DNA of 64,000 bases from Pseudomonadota bacterium. GTDB lineage: Bacteria; Bdellovibrionota_G; JALEGL01; DATDPG01. The stretch spans positions 10,792 through 74,791 of the forward strand of contig JAZDDX010000026.1 in NCBI GenBank assembly GCA_043809315.1. Reading direction: 5' to 3'. Below the pieces are notes generated by a model, which did not search any database, was not told where the DNA came from, and saw nothing but the letters and a program-made list of their open reading frames with translations. The translations under genes were made by a program, and so were the position numbers. Below are positions 34,503 to 43,376 of the stretch, one piece after another. The number at the start of each line of letters is the position of its first letter. Positions within the stretch are counted from its first letter, which is position 1.

Positions 34503-35086
34503 TGAAGCGGCCCCTTCTTCCAATCGACCGGCAGGATCCCCTTTTCCAGAAGAAGTTCGCGGAGCCGATCGTTCCGGGTTGCGAGCCATCGTTCGTAGAC
34601 GCGGAGGAGATCCGCGTCCGACGTGAGTCCGGACGAGGCGCTGATCTCCGCGAAGAGATCGACCAGCTTCGCGAACTTCCCCGAGAGTTCTTCGAACATC
34701 TCCGCGACCCCTCGGTCCGGCTTCTTCTCCTCGGCCAGGGAGGAAACGAAGTCGTACGCTAGAACCCCCATGGCAATGAAGTAATCGACGTCGACCGCCA
34801 TTCGGCTCAGGGCATCTCCGAAAAACCCCGACACGTAGAGGGACCGGTCCCCGACCTGCTTCATCAGAGTGAAGCGTTCACCGATGCTCGGCGTTCCCAT
34901 CGCCCGTCCGTACGTCAAGGCGAGCGGTTCGTCGGGCGGGTTTTTCCGGGTATCGACCGCCTCCGAAAGGAGGTTCACGAGATAAAATTCCGACATCTCC
35001 GTGAGTTGGATCTGCCTCTTCCGGCGGACCCGCTGGACACTCTCACGGAAAAACTCCATTAAGTTACGGGCGGACTCTAGTTTCAT
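34499..35086 (-). CDS. Hypothetical protein (195 aa)
   Basis: Track ORF with an ATG start. Predicted helical and cytosolic. No recognisable domain. Confidence 0.6.
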   Translation of the reverse strand: MKLESARNLMEFFRESVQRVRRKRQIQLTEMSEFYLVNLLSEAVDTRKNPPDEPLALTYGRAMGTPSIGERFTLMKQVGDRSLYVSGFFGDALSRMAVDVDYFIAMGVLAYDFVSSLAEEKKPDRGVAEMFEELSGKFAKLVDLFAEISASSGLTSDADLLRVYERWLATRNDRLRELLLEKGILPVDWKKGPLH

Positions 35087-35130
35087 ACGTCGTGTCGGAA
35101 TCGATAAAAAATTCGGACACTTGCCGCTCT

Positions 35131-35160
35131 ATTTTACCGCAACCGAGATGGCTTTCGCAA
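35131..35160 (-). promoter_or_regulatory. Putative sigma70-type promoter for the 35086-> operon
   Basis: Minus strand reads TTGCGA (35160-35155), 18 nt spacer, TAAAAT (35136-35131). A 10-bp imperfect hairpin (about 35093-35121) lies in the leader. No sigma54 -24/-12 element was found here. Confidence 0.35.
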
Positions 35161-35173
35161 GGGGGCTCGGGGC

Positions 35174-37018
35174 TTAGGTCCGCCGGATTCCGTACTTTTT
35201 GATCTTGGAAACGAGCGTACGGCGGGGAATCTTAAGGATATCGGCGGCTTTGGTCTGGTTCCACTCCGCCCGTTTCAGGGCCGCGACGATCAGGTCCCGC
35301 TCGTAGGCGGAGATCACCTCCTTCATGTCGCCGACGGCGGTCGCCGCCACCGTCACCGCTGTTCCGGCCATACCCAGACCGGCGGAGGGGGGGTCGACGT
35401 AGTCGAATGTATCGGAGGTCAGCTTGCTCGTCAGCCCCTGTTTGTAGATCGTGTCCCCCTCGGAGATCACGACCGCTCGCTCGATCGCGTTCTTGAGCTC
35501 CCGGATGTTCCCGGGCCATGGGTACCGAGCCAGAATCTCCATCGCGTCGGGGGAGATCTGTTTGGTCGGGAAGCCGTTCTCTTTGCAGATCTGTTCGATG
35601 AAGGCGGTCGCCAGGTACGGGATCTCGTCGCGCCGTTCCCGTAACGGAGGGACGGTGATCGTCGCGGCATTCAGACGGTAGAAGAGATCTTCACGGAAGA
35701 TCCCCTTCGCCACCAGATCCTCGAGCTTTCGGTTCGTGGCGGCGACGATCCGTACGTCGGTATCGAGCTCTCGGTTGGAACCGACCCGCATGATCTTCTT
35801 CGATTGAAGAACCCGAAGGAGTTTTGCTTGCGTCTTCGCCGGCATCTCCCCCACTTCGTCCAGAAAGATCGTCCCCCCCTTGGCCGACTCGAAGAGGCCG
35901 ATTTTAAGGTGGTCCGCTCCGGTGAAAGATCCTTTTTCGTGCCCGAACAGTTCGCTCTCGAGAAGGGTCTCGGTAAGCGCCGCGCAGTTCACGCAGACGA
36001 GCGATTTCTGCACCCGGTCGCTGTTCGCGTGGATCGCTTCCGCCACCACCTCCTTGCCGACCCCCGTCTCCCCCTGGATCAGCACCGTGATCGTCGATTT
36101 CGCGATCCGCTCCGCCAACTCGAAGAGTTGCGCCATCTTCTCGCTTTTCACGATCACCAGGTGGGACGAGACCTTGATCTTTCGAACCTCGTCTTTGATC
36201 TCGGCGACACGGTCGGCCTCTTTCGTGCGAGCGACTTTGAGCGCTTGGCGAGATTTTTCGATCAGAAGATCGGGGGTCCGCCCGTCGTCCGGGAAGGTCG
36301 CGATCCCGATCGAGATGAACGCTTGTTTGTCGGTGATCCGCTCCGACGCGATCCGCTGTGCGAGGCGCATCGCCTCTTTCTTGTCCGTCTCCGGAAGGAG
36401 GAGTTCGAGTTCGAACTTTCCATAGTGGGCAAGAAGGTCCATCGTCCGGATCATCTTCCGAAGGTATTCGACGACCCTCGGATATCTTCGCTGCAGAATC
36501 TCATCACGGTCCGCCACGTTCTTTCCGCTGGGATCGATCCCCACCATCAGAACGGAGAGCGGGCGTTTGTATCGCGCCGCCCGGTCGAGTTCCTCGGCGA
36601 CCCGGCTTTCGAAGTACCCGTGACTCCGGATTCCGAGACGATTCCCCTCGACCAGGTTGTGCGTCGAGAAACGGAAGCAGGTGACGCCGATCTGAACCTC
36701 GTCTCCGTCGTTCAGAACGTGATCCCCCGCCAACTTGTCACCGTTCACGAACGTGCCGTTTGTGCTGCTGAGATCGGAAACCTTCGTCTCACCCAACTTG
36801 GTGATAAACTGCGCATGTTTTCTCGAGACCTGGCTGTCATTGAGAAAAACATCGGCACTTCCCTGCCGCCCGACGACCATGGTTCCCTCGTTCAACGTAT
36901 AGACGGTTCCTGAACCGGGGCCCGAAATCGCCACGATATAGGCCTTCTCCGTGGTTATTTGGTCCTCGCGCTCGGAAGAGGTCTCGCGAAACTTGGGGAG
37001 CGTTTTGTCCTGTTCCAT
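35174..37018 (-). CDS. Sigma54-dependent transcriptional activator with N-terminal FHA domain and degenerate GGDEF domain
   Basis: The track ORF starts at 37081. I prefer ATG 37018 (AGGTGA just upstream; the preceding codons are AT-rich). Domains in order: FHA (VVGRQGSADVFLNDSQVSRKHAQF...SSTNGTFVNG); GGDEF-like (LSVLMVGID...RTMDLLAHYGKFELELLLPET...SIGIATFP); AAA+ (GETGVGKE, ESELFGHEKGSFTGA); Fis-type HTH (AADILKIPRRTLVSKIKKYGI). Confidence 0.9.
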   Translation of the reverse strand: MEQDKTLPKFRETSSEREDQITTEKAYIVAISGPGSGTVYTLNEGTMVVGRQGSADVFLNDSQVSRKHAQFITKLGETKVSDLSSTNGTFVNGDKLAGDHVLNDGDEVQIGVTCFRFSTHNLVEGNRLGIRSHGYFESRVAEELDRAARYKRPLSVLMVGIDPSGKNVADRDEILQRRYPRVVEYLRKMIRTMDLLAHYGKFELELLLPETDKKEAMRLAQRIASERITDKQAFISIGIATFPDDGRTPDLLIEKSRQALKVARTKEADRVAEIKDEVRKIKVSSHLVIVKSEKMAQLFELAERIAKSTITVLIQGETGVGKEVVAEAIHANSDRVQKSLVCVNCAALTETLLESELFGHEKGSFTGADHLKIGLFESAKGGTIFLDEVGEMPAKTQAKLLRVLQSKKIMRVGSNRELDTDVRIVAATNRKLEDLVAKGIFREDLFYRLNAATITVPPLRERRDEIPYLATAFIEQICKENGFPTKQISPDAMEILARYPWPGNIRELKNAIERAVVISEGDTIYKQGLTSKLTSDTFDYVDPPSAGLGMAGTAVTVAATAVGDMKEVISAYERDLIVAALKRAEWNQTKAADILKIPRRTLVSKIKKYGIRRT

Positions 37019-37141
37019 TTTCACCTGCCTAAAAAAAGTAAGGAAAGGATAGACGATTTGGCGATATTTCGCCATGCGCAAGGCGTCAGGTGCTCGTTTT
37101 AGGGTCGCGCCCCCCCCCTTTTTCGGCTATTTTTCACCTCC

Positions 37142-37990
37142 TTGAAACGAGCGGGAACTAAAAACGTTACGCCGACCGCCTTGGAGCGGGCGGCACGCCT
37201 TGCGGCCCGCAAGGGGGCGGCAATTCTTCGGCGGTACTACGCCCGGCGGCTTAAGATCGTATTCAAGGGGGAGATCGATCTCGTAACGGAGGCCGACATT
37301 GAGTCGCAGAAGACGATCGTCCGGACCTTGTCGACCGCTTTCCCCTCGCACGATATCCTTGCCGAGGAGGGGGGGGTCGGGCACGACCGGTCGCTCGCCG
37401 GGCCGGTTTGGGTCGTTGATCCGCTCGACGGAACGACCAACTTCGCACACGGCTTTCCGGTCTTCGCGATTTCGATCGCCTATCGGGAACAGGGGGAGAT
37501 GTTGTTCGGCCTCGTTTATCAGCCGATCCTGGACGAACTTTTCATCGCTCACCGGGGGAAAGGGGCGACGTTGAACGGACGGGCGATCCACGTCTCCCGG
37601 AACCGGGATATCTTGAAATGTCTCCTGTCGACCGGATTCCCGTACGATCGCCGAACCTCCCGTGAGAACAACCTCGATCTTTTCACCCATTTCGAATTGA
37701 CGGCTCAGTGTGTCCGGCGCGTCGGAGCCGCATCGCTCGATCTCGCCAACGTCGCATGCGGCCGATTCGACGGATTCTGGGAGCCGAAGCTCGCGCCTTG
37801 GGACATCGCGGCCGGAATCTTGCTCGTCGAGGAAGCGGGGGGGCGGGTCACCGACTATCGCGGCCGTCCGATCGAAGACCTCCGCTGCGGCGAGATCGTG
37901 GGAACCAACGGCCGGATCCATGACGTCATGATCTCCGGGATCGCCTCCGCCCGCGGAAAAACCCTTGTCGGGACTCCCCCGGCTCCCTAA
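37142..37990 (+). CDS. suhB: Inositol monophosphatase family protein
   Basis: 282 aa. IMPase motifs: WVVDPLDGTTNFAHGFP and WDIAAG. The TTG start is somewhat uncertain. Confidence 0.9.
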   Translation: MKRAGTKNVTPTALERAARLAARKGAAILRRYYARRLKIVFKGEIDLVTEADIESQKTIVRTLSTAFPSHDILAEEGGVGHDRSLAGPVWVVDPLDGTTNFAHGFPVFAISIAYREQGEMLFGLVYQPILDELFIAHRGKGATLNGRAIHVSRNRDILKCLLSTGFPYDRRTSRENNLDLFTHFELTAQCVRRVGAASLDLANVACGRFDGFWEPKLAPWDIAAGILLVEEAGGRVTDYRGRPIEDLRCGEIVGTNGRIHDVMISGIASARGKTLVGTPPAP

Positions 37991-38016
37991 CATCACATGC
38001 CTTAAAGGAGTAACTC

Positions 38017-39579
38017 GTGGATAAGGTCTTAGGAATCGATCTCGGTACGTCAACCTCGTGCGTGGCGGTCATGGTCGACGGGAAACCGGTCGTCATCCCC
38101 GACAAGGACGGCGTCACGATCCAGCCCTCGATCGTGAACTTCCGACCGGATGGCCGGATCTTGGTCGGCAAAGAGGCCAAGCCGTACGTCATCCAGGACG
38201 CGGAAAACACCGTGACCGCGGCGAAACGACTCATCGGACGGAAGTTTTTCTCCGCCGAGGTGAAAAAGGCGAAGGCGCTGATGCCGTATGAGATCATCGA
38301 GGGGGAGAACCAGTCGGCTCAGATCCGGATCCAGCAGAAGAGTTTCACTCTGCAAGAAATCTCCGCGATGATCCTCAAGAAAATGAAGGCGATCGCCGAG
38401 GAGTATTTCGGCGAACCGATCTCGCGCGCGGTCGTCACCGTCCCGGCCTACTTCAACGACAACCAGCGCGCAGCCACGAAAGACGCGGGGAAGATCGCTG
38501 GGCTCGACGTCCTCCGGATCATCAATGAACCGACCGCCGCCGCGTTGGCATACGGATACGGGAAAGCGATCCGGCAGCGGGTCGCCGTTTACGATCTCGG
38601 CGGCGGGACGTTCGATGTCTCGGTTCTCGAACTCGGAGACGACGTCTTCGAGGTGATTTCGACCTCCGGCGACACCTATCTCGGGGGGGAGGATTTCGAC
38701 GACCGGATCATCGATTGGGCGTCCGCGAAGTTTCTGGCAAGCCACAATTTCGACCTCCGGAAAGACCGGATGACGCTCCAACAACTCAAAGATGCGGCCG
38801 AGCGCGGAAAGGTCGAGCTGACCGTCAAAGAGGTCACCAAGATATTCATCCCCGCCGTTACCGCCGATACGACCGGGTTCGTCGACCTCGACTTCGATCT
38901 TCCCCGCGCGGAGTTCGAAGGGCTGATCACCGATCTAATCCAGCGGACGTTCAAGGTCTGCGACGAGGCGATGCAGATGGCGCGCCTCACGCCGAGCGAC
39001 ATCGGCGGCGTGATTCTGGTGGGCGGGCCGACCCGATCCCCCAGTGTCCGGAACGCCGTCATGAACTACTTCCAGCGCGAACCTCTAGCCGACATCCATC
39101 CGGACGAGGTGGTGGCGACCGGTGCCGCGATTCAAGGGGGAGCTTTGACCGGCGAATCGAAGGACGTCGTCCTGGTCGACCTCACTCCGCTCTCACTCGG
39201 AATCGAGATCCGAGGAGGGTTGGTGGAACGGATCGTCGAACTCAACACCCCCGTTCCGGCCGATCACACCAAGATCTTCACCACGACCCACAACAATCAG
39301 GAGTCGGTCAAGATCCGCGTCTTCCAGGGGGAGAAACGGAAAGCCGCCGAGAACGAACTTCTCGGGGAGTTCACCCTTTCCGGCCTCTCGAAGGCGCAGG
39401 CCGGGGACGTGAGTGTCGCCGTTCAGTTCGAGGTCGACACGAACGGGATCCTAAACGTCACCGCGAAAGATGTCGAAACCGGGAAATCGCAGTCGGTTCG
39501 TTTGCAGTCGTCCGGTCGCCTCTCCGAGGAGAGACTGAAGGAACTGCAGGGATCGACCGACGCCGTCGTGACCAAGTAA
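38017..39579 (+). CDS. Atypical Hsp70-family chaperone lacking the C-terminal helical lid
   Basis: 520 aa with a GTG start; AAGGAG lies 7 nt upstream. Motifs: GIDLGTSTSCVAV, VTVPAYFNDNQRAATKDAG, DLGGGTFDVS. A substrate-binding beta domain is present (LTPLSLGIE...). The protein ends about 40 aa after it, with no lid and no EEVD. Confidence 0.9.
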   Translation: MDKVLGIDLGTSTSCVAVMVDGKPVVIPDKDGVTIQPSIVNFRPDGRILVGKEAKPYVIQDAENTVTAAKRLIGRKFFSAEVKKAKALMPYEIIEGENQSAQIRIQQKSFTLQEISAMILKKMKAIAEEYFGEPISRAVVTVPAYFNDNQRAATKDAGKIAGLDVLRIINEPTAAALAYGYGKAIRQRVAVYDLGGGTFDVSVLELGDDVFEVISTSGDTYLGGEDFDDRIIDWASAKFLASHNFDLRKDRMTLQQLKDAAERGKVELTVKEVTKIFIPAVTADTTGFVDLDFDLPRAEFEGLITDLIQRTFKVCDEAMQMARLTPSDIGGVILVGGPTRSPSVRNAVMNYFQREPLADIHPDEVVATGAAIQGGALTGESKDVVLVDLTPLSLGIEIRGGLVERIVELNTPVPADHTKIFTTTHNNQESVKIRVFQGEKRKAAENELLGEFTLSGLSKAQAGDVSVAVQFEVDTNGILNVTAKDVETGKSQSVRLQSSGRLSEERLKELQGSTDAVVTK

Positions 39580-41157
39580 ATGGAACTTCCGCAGTTCGAC
39601 AGTTCGAAACCGTCGCAAAACGCAGCCCAGGCGCCGATTCGTGGGATCGCCGCCGTCGTTCGCGCGCGCTTGAGCGGACGGCTGACCGTCACTACGGGGC
39701 CGATCGTTCGCGAACTCCGCTTCGATGCCGGGAACTGTCTCGAAGCTTCGGCCGAGGCGATCGTCAAGGAACTCGCACCTCTCTCGAATGCCGACCTAAC
39801 CTTCACCCCCGGATCATCGATGGGGGCCTCGAAAAGCAAGATCAACGGCCTCCGGCTCCTGATCTCCGCCGCATCCGCCCTCGACCCGGCGCAGATGGCG
39901 GCGCTCTTCCCGGAACTCAAGAGCGAGAGTTTCGTCCGATACGACGCGAAGCGGGTCCGGTCTCTCGAGCCACTTCCCCTCGAACCCGAAGAGCGGGGTC
40001 TCGTGACCGTCCTCGAGCACAGCCGGGTGGTCGCCCACATCTTTGAGTCAAGCTTCCTTCCCCGCCCGAGAGTCCAGGCTCTCGTTTTCGCCTACTGGCT
40101 GGGCGGCTTCTGCTCGTTTGAAGATCCCGCAGAGGTGAAACGGAAAGAGTACATCAACTCGCTCAAACCGGAAGCGGTGGCGATTCGCGAGGAGGTCCGC
40201 CAACGCGTGACCCGCCTTTCCGCCACGAGCTACTACGATTGGCTAGAGGTTCCGCCGACCGCGACCGCTACGGAAATCCAGAAAAAGGGGTTGGCGATCT
40301 ACGAAAAATACCTCAACCCCGCACTTGAACAGGCGTTTCAGGACGAGCGGAAAGGGGAGTTGGCAAAACTCCTCGCCGCCCTTGTTGAAGCACGCGGAGT
40401 TCTGACTCATGCGGACAAGCGGGCTGAATACGACGGTTTTCTCGCGGCAGGAAGGACCGGATCGTTCGTCCGGGAGAGCCGCGCCGTTCGCTCCGCTTCC
40501 GTGATCGGCAAGGCGGAAACCGAAATCGCCGCCGGGGATCCCGCCGCTGCCGTTGCTCGGTATGAATCGGCACTTACGGAAGGTGCGGTTTCCCCGAAGG
40601 TGACGGCGGCTTACGCCCGCGCCCTTCTCGCCGACGGAGGACCGGGGAACACCAAGAACCGCGAAAAGGCGCTGGCCCATCTCAAAAAGTCGCTGGCGGA
40701 AACCCCCTCGGATCCGGATCTGTACCTCGCCTATGCGGAGTGGTGTGAGGCGCTACGGCAGACTGACCGTGCCGCTGAAGGGTATCAGCGCGCGCTCTCT
40801 CTTGACCCTACGATCCGGGCCGCCCGCGAGGGACTCCATCGTCTCAAGCCGGAGCAGGCTCCCAAAATGGTTCTCTCCGCGATCCACCGGAACCTCGGAA
40901 GGCTGACTCGGTATCAGCTTCTTGGGGTTGCCCGGGAGGCGAATCTTCGGGAGATCCACGCCTCCTACAGGGAACTGACGGGCCGGTACCACCCCGACCG
41001 TTTCTTCGGCCACCCCGATGGGGAGTTGCAGTCGCTCGCGAAGGAAACGTTTAAACGGATGGTCGATGCCTTCATGACGCTCAAGAGCCCCGAGAAGCGC
41101 AAGGCCTATGACGCGGAGCTGATTGAAATTTCTCGCCAAGCCCCCGCCCGTTCCTGA
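39580..41157 (+). CDS. Multi-domain J-protein (DUF4388-like N-domain, degenerate J-like domain, TPR region, C-terminal J-domain with HPD)
   Basis: 525 aa. The ATG immediately follows the Hsp70 TAA. The C-terminal J-domain is YQLLGVAREANLREIHASYRELTGRYHPDRF...KRKAYD. The central YYDWLEVPPTATATEIQKKGLAIYEKYLNPAL...KRAEYD is J-like without HPD. TPR-like helices lie between the two. Confidence 0.85.
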   Translation: MELPQFDSSKPSQNAAQAPIRGIAAVVRARLSGRLTVTTGPIVRELRFDAGNCLEASAEAIVKELAPLSNADLTFTPGSSMGASKSKINGLRLLISAASALDPAQMAALFPELKSESFVRYDAKRVRSLEPLPLEPEERGLVTVLEHSRVVAHIFESSFLPRPRVQALVFAYWLGGFCSFEDPAEVKRKEYINSLKPEAVAIREEVRQRVTRLSATSYYDWLEVPPTATATEIQKKGLAIYEKYLNPALEQAFQDERKGELAKLLAALVEARGVLTHADKRAEYDGFLAAGRTGSFVRESRAVRSASVIGKAETEIAAGDPAAAVARYESALTEGAVSPKVTAAYARALLADGGPGNTKNREKALAHLKKSLAETPSDPDLYLAYAEWCEALRQTDRAAEGYQRALSLDPTIRAAREGLHRLKPEQAPKMVLSAIHRNLGRLTRYQLLGVAREANLREIHASYRELTGRYHPDRFFGHPDGELQSLAKETFKRMVDAFMTLKSPEKRKAYDAELIEISRQAPARS

Positions 41158-41170
41158 TAATTTGAGGTTC

Positions 41171-42856
41171 ATGAGATCCATCGTCCTCTTCGCCCTCGTC
41201 TTGGCGGCTACCCCTGCTATTTCCTCACCTCAAAACGATCTAGGATTCGGCCGGACCGGCACGGTGCAGTACGTCCATCATTGGCCCGACCCGGTCACCG
41301 TCCGGAACGGGAACTTCTTCCTCCCGGCGCAGGATTACTTCATGTCGTGTTACGGGTTCCCCCTCGAGGTGTACCGGTCGTACAACAGCATCTCGACGCG
41401 GAACGGACCGTTCGGCCGCGGCTGGACGTTCAACTACGACATCCAGATCGTGGTCGATTTAAAGAACGGCATGACGGTCGTCGAAGCGGACGGGTTCGTG
41501 AACGACTACCTTCCGGTCGAATCGGACCTCGGTCCCGGGAAAGACCTGATCGATCGGATCGTGGAGGCGCGCAAGAAGGAGGACGTTCAATACCTCGGGA
41601 AGCCGGAGGGGAAAGGGTCGGCGTTCTACAAAGATCTCAGGCAAAAACTCGATGACGACCCTGCCCTTCTGAAGCGCCAGACGGAGCGGTATTTCCCGAC
41701 CCAGACCAAGATCTCCCCCAGCGGAAAGTATGTCTCCCATCAACGGGGGACCACGACGATCGAAAAGGGCCCGACCGGATTCATCCGGACGACCGAAACC
41801 GGGCGACGGGAGGAGTACAGCCCGAAAGGACTTTTGACCCGCGTCACAGACCGGAACGGCGACGGGCTGACGTTGAGCTACAACACGGACAGCCGTCTCG
41901 ACCGGGTCCGGGACTCCTGCGGGCAGTGGCTGCAGTTCTCCTACACGCCGGCGGGGAAGATCTCCAAGATCACCGATTACCTCCTCCGGGAGTTGACCTA
42001 CCAGTTCGACAAGACCGATCACCTGCTTGCCGCAACGACCGTCGAAGCGGAGACGGCGAAGTTCGCCTACGACAAGGACGATCGGATGACGCTACTCACG
42101 TTCGCGGACGGATCGAAGGTCGAGATGACGTACGATCCGAAGAGCGGATATGTCACGAAACAAGCCGGACCGGGGACCAAAGTCACGACCTACACCTACG
42201 GCCGTTCGCTGGGAACGTTCTGGGCGAAGGTCGAAGACAACGAGGGGGAGAAGAGCAAGTACGAGTACCTCGATGCCGAGGACAAGATCATCTTCACCGA
42301 TCGGGCTGGCAAGAAGATCATCACGACCTTGAGCGCCTGCTGCGGAAAGCCGATTTCGATCGTGGACGAGCGTGGGGTCGGCGACCACTTCAAGTACGAC
42401 GCCACGGGGAACCTCGTCGAGAAACTGGATGCCGCGAACCACCTGACGAAGTATGTTTACGAACCGCGCTTCAACCACCCTTCCGAAATCCGTCTCCACG
42501 ACAATTCGTATCTTCGGTTCGTCTATGACAAGGGGGGGAATCTTTCGTTCGTCCGGAGCTCGGGGGGCGAGCATGTCCAGATCACGAACGATGCGCACGG
42601 GAAGATCGTCTCGATGAACGATCACCGGGATGTGACGATCAAATTCGAATACAACCGGTTCGGGAAGCCGACGTTGATCGAGAAATCGCTCAAGGGGAAG
42701 AAGGTCGGGTCGATCGCGATCACGTACAGCAAGGCGCAGGACATTTTGAAGGTCGCGTACGACCCGAAACGAGCCGAGGTGATGCAGGAGATCAAGGAGA
42801 CGCTGGCGTCGTTCCTCCGCTTCATGAAACCGTCCGGGATCGAGTTCGAGATCTAA
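41171..42856 (+). CDS. Secreted YD/RHS-repeat protein (short, no obvious toxin tip)
   Basis: Track ORF trimmed to ATG 41171 (MRSIVLFALVLAATPAISS, signal). It has a GRGWTFNYD motif and many YD repeats, for example FKYDATGNLVEKLD, FVYDKGGNLSFV, FEYNRFGKPTLIE. Confidence 0.8.
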   Translation: MRSIVLFALVLAATPAISSPQNDLGFGRTGTVQYVHHWPDPVTVRNGNFFLPAQDYFMSCYGFPLEVYRSYNSISTRNGPFGRGWTFNYDIQIVVDLKNGMTVVEADGFVNDYLPVESDLGPGKDLIDRIVEARKKEDVQYLGKPEGKGSAFYKDLRQKLDDDPALLKRQTERYFPTQTKISPSGKYVSHQRGTTTIEKGPTGFIRTTETGRREEYSPKGLLTRVTDRNGDGLTLSYNTDSRLDRVRDSCGQWLQFSYTPAGKISKITDYLLRELTYQFDKTDHLLAATTVEAETAKFAYDKDDRMTLLTFADGSKVEMTYDPKSGYVTKQAGPGTKVTTYTYGRSLGTFWAKVEDNEGEKSKYEYLDAEDKIIFTDRAGKKIITTLSACCGKPISIVDERGVGDHFKYDATGNLVEKLDAANHLTKYVYEPRFNHPSEIRLHDNSYLRFVYDKGGNLSFVRSSGGEHVQITNDAHGKIVSMNDHRDVTIKFEYNRFGKPTLIEKSLKGKKVGSIAITYSKAQDILKVAYDPKRAEVMQEIKETLASFLRFMKPSGIEFEI

Positions 42857-42863
42857 AGCCCCC

Positions 42864-43367
42864 GTGGCTCACGTCGTCATCGACGGATACAACCTCCTCC
42901 CGGCGACGACCTACCGCGACCGAGAAGCGCTGATTGCGGCACTGGCGCGATATCGCAAACTCAAAAACCACGAAGTCACCGTTGTTTTCGACGGCGGAAA
43001 GGGCGGAACCCGGACAGGGGACCGTTCGTTCTCGTCCGGGATCGAGGTGGTCTATTCGCCGATCACGGTCACGGCGGATACGGTGATCGAGGAGATGCTC
43101 CCCGATTTCGAAGGAAGTTCGACGATCGTCGTCAGCTCCGATTGGCGGATCCAGACCGCCGCCAAGAGGGAAAAGATGGTTTTCCTCGAATCGCGCGAAT
43201 TCGCGCGTCGTCTAACCGAAGCCGCGAAGCTTCCGCTCGGAACCGCGCCTCCCCCTTGGATGGAGGGGCGGGAGGACGATGACAAAGTCGCGACGGCAAA
43301 GAAATGTCCGGGCCGGAAACTCTCGAAAGAGGCCCGACGAAAGAAACGCTCATTACGACAGCTCTAG
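42864..43367 (+). CDS. NYN-domain (YacP/Rae1-like) predicted ribonuclease
   Basis: 167 aa with a GTG start. The sequence VVIDGYNLL...VTVVFDG...VVYSP...TADTVIEEM...VVSSDWRIQ matches the YacP-type NYN pattern (from memory). Confidence 0.6.
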   Translation: MAHVVIDGYNLLPATTYRDREALIAALARYRKLKNHEVTVVFDGGKGGTRTGDRSFSSGIEVVYSPITVTADTVIEEMLPDFEGSSTIVVSSDWRIQTAAKREKMVFLESREFARRLTEAAKLPLGTAPPPWMEGREDDDKVATAKKCPGRKLSKEARRKKRSLRQL

Positions 43368-43376
43368 CTTCGGAAC

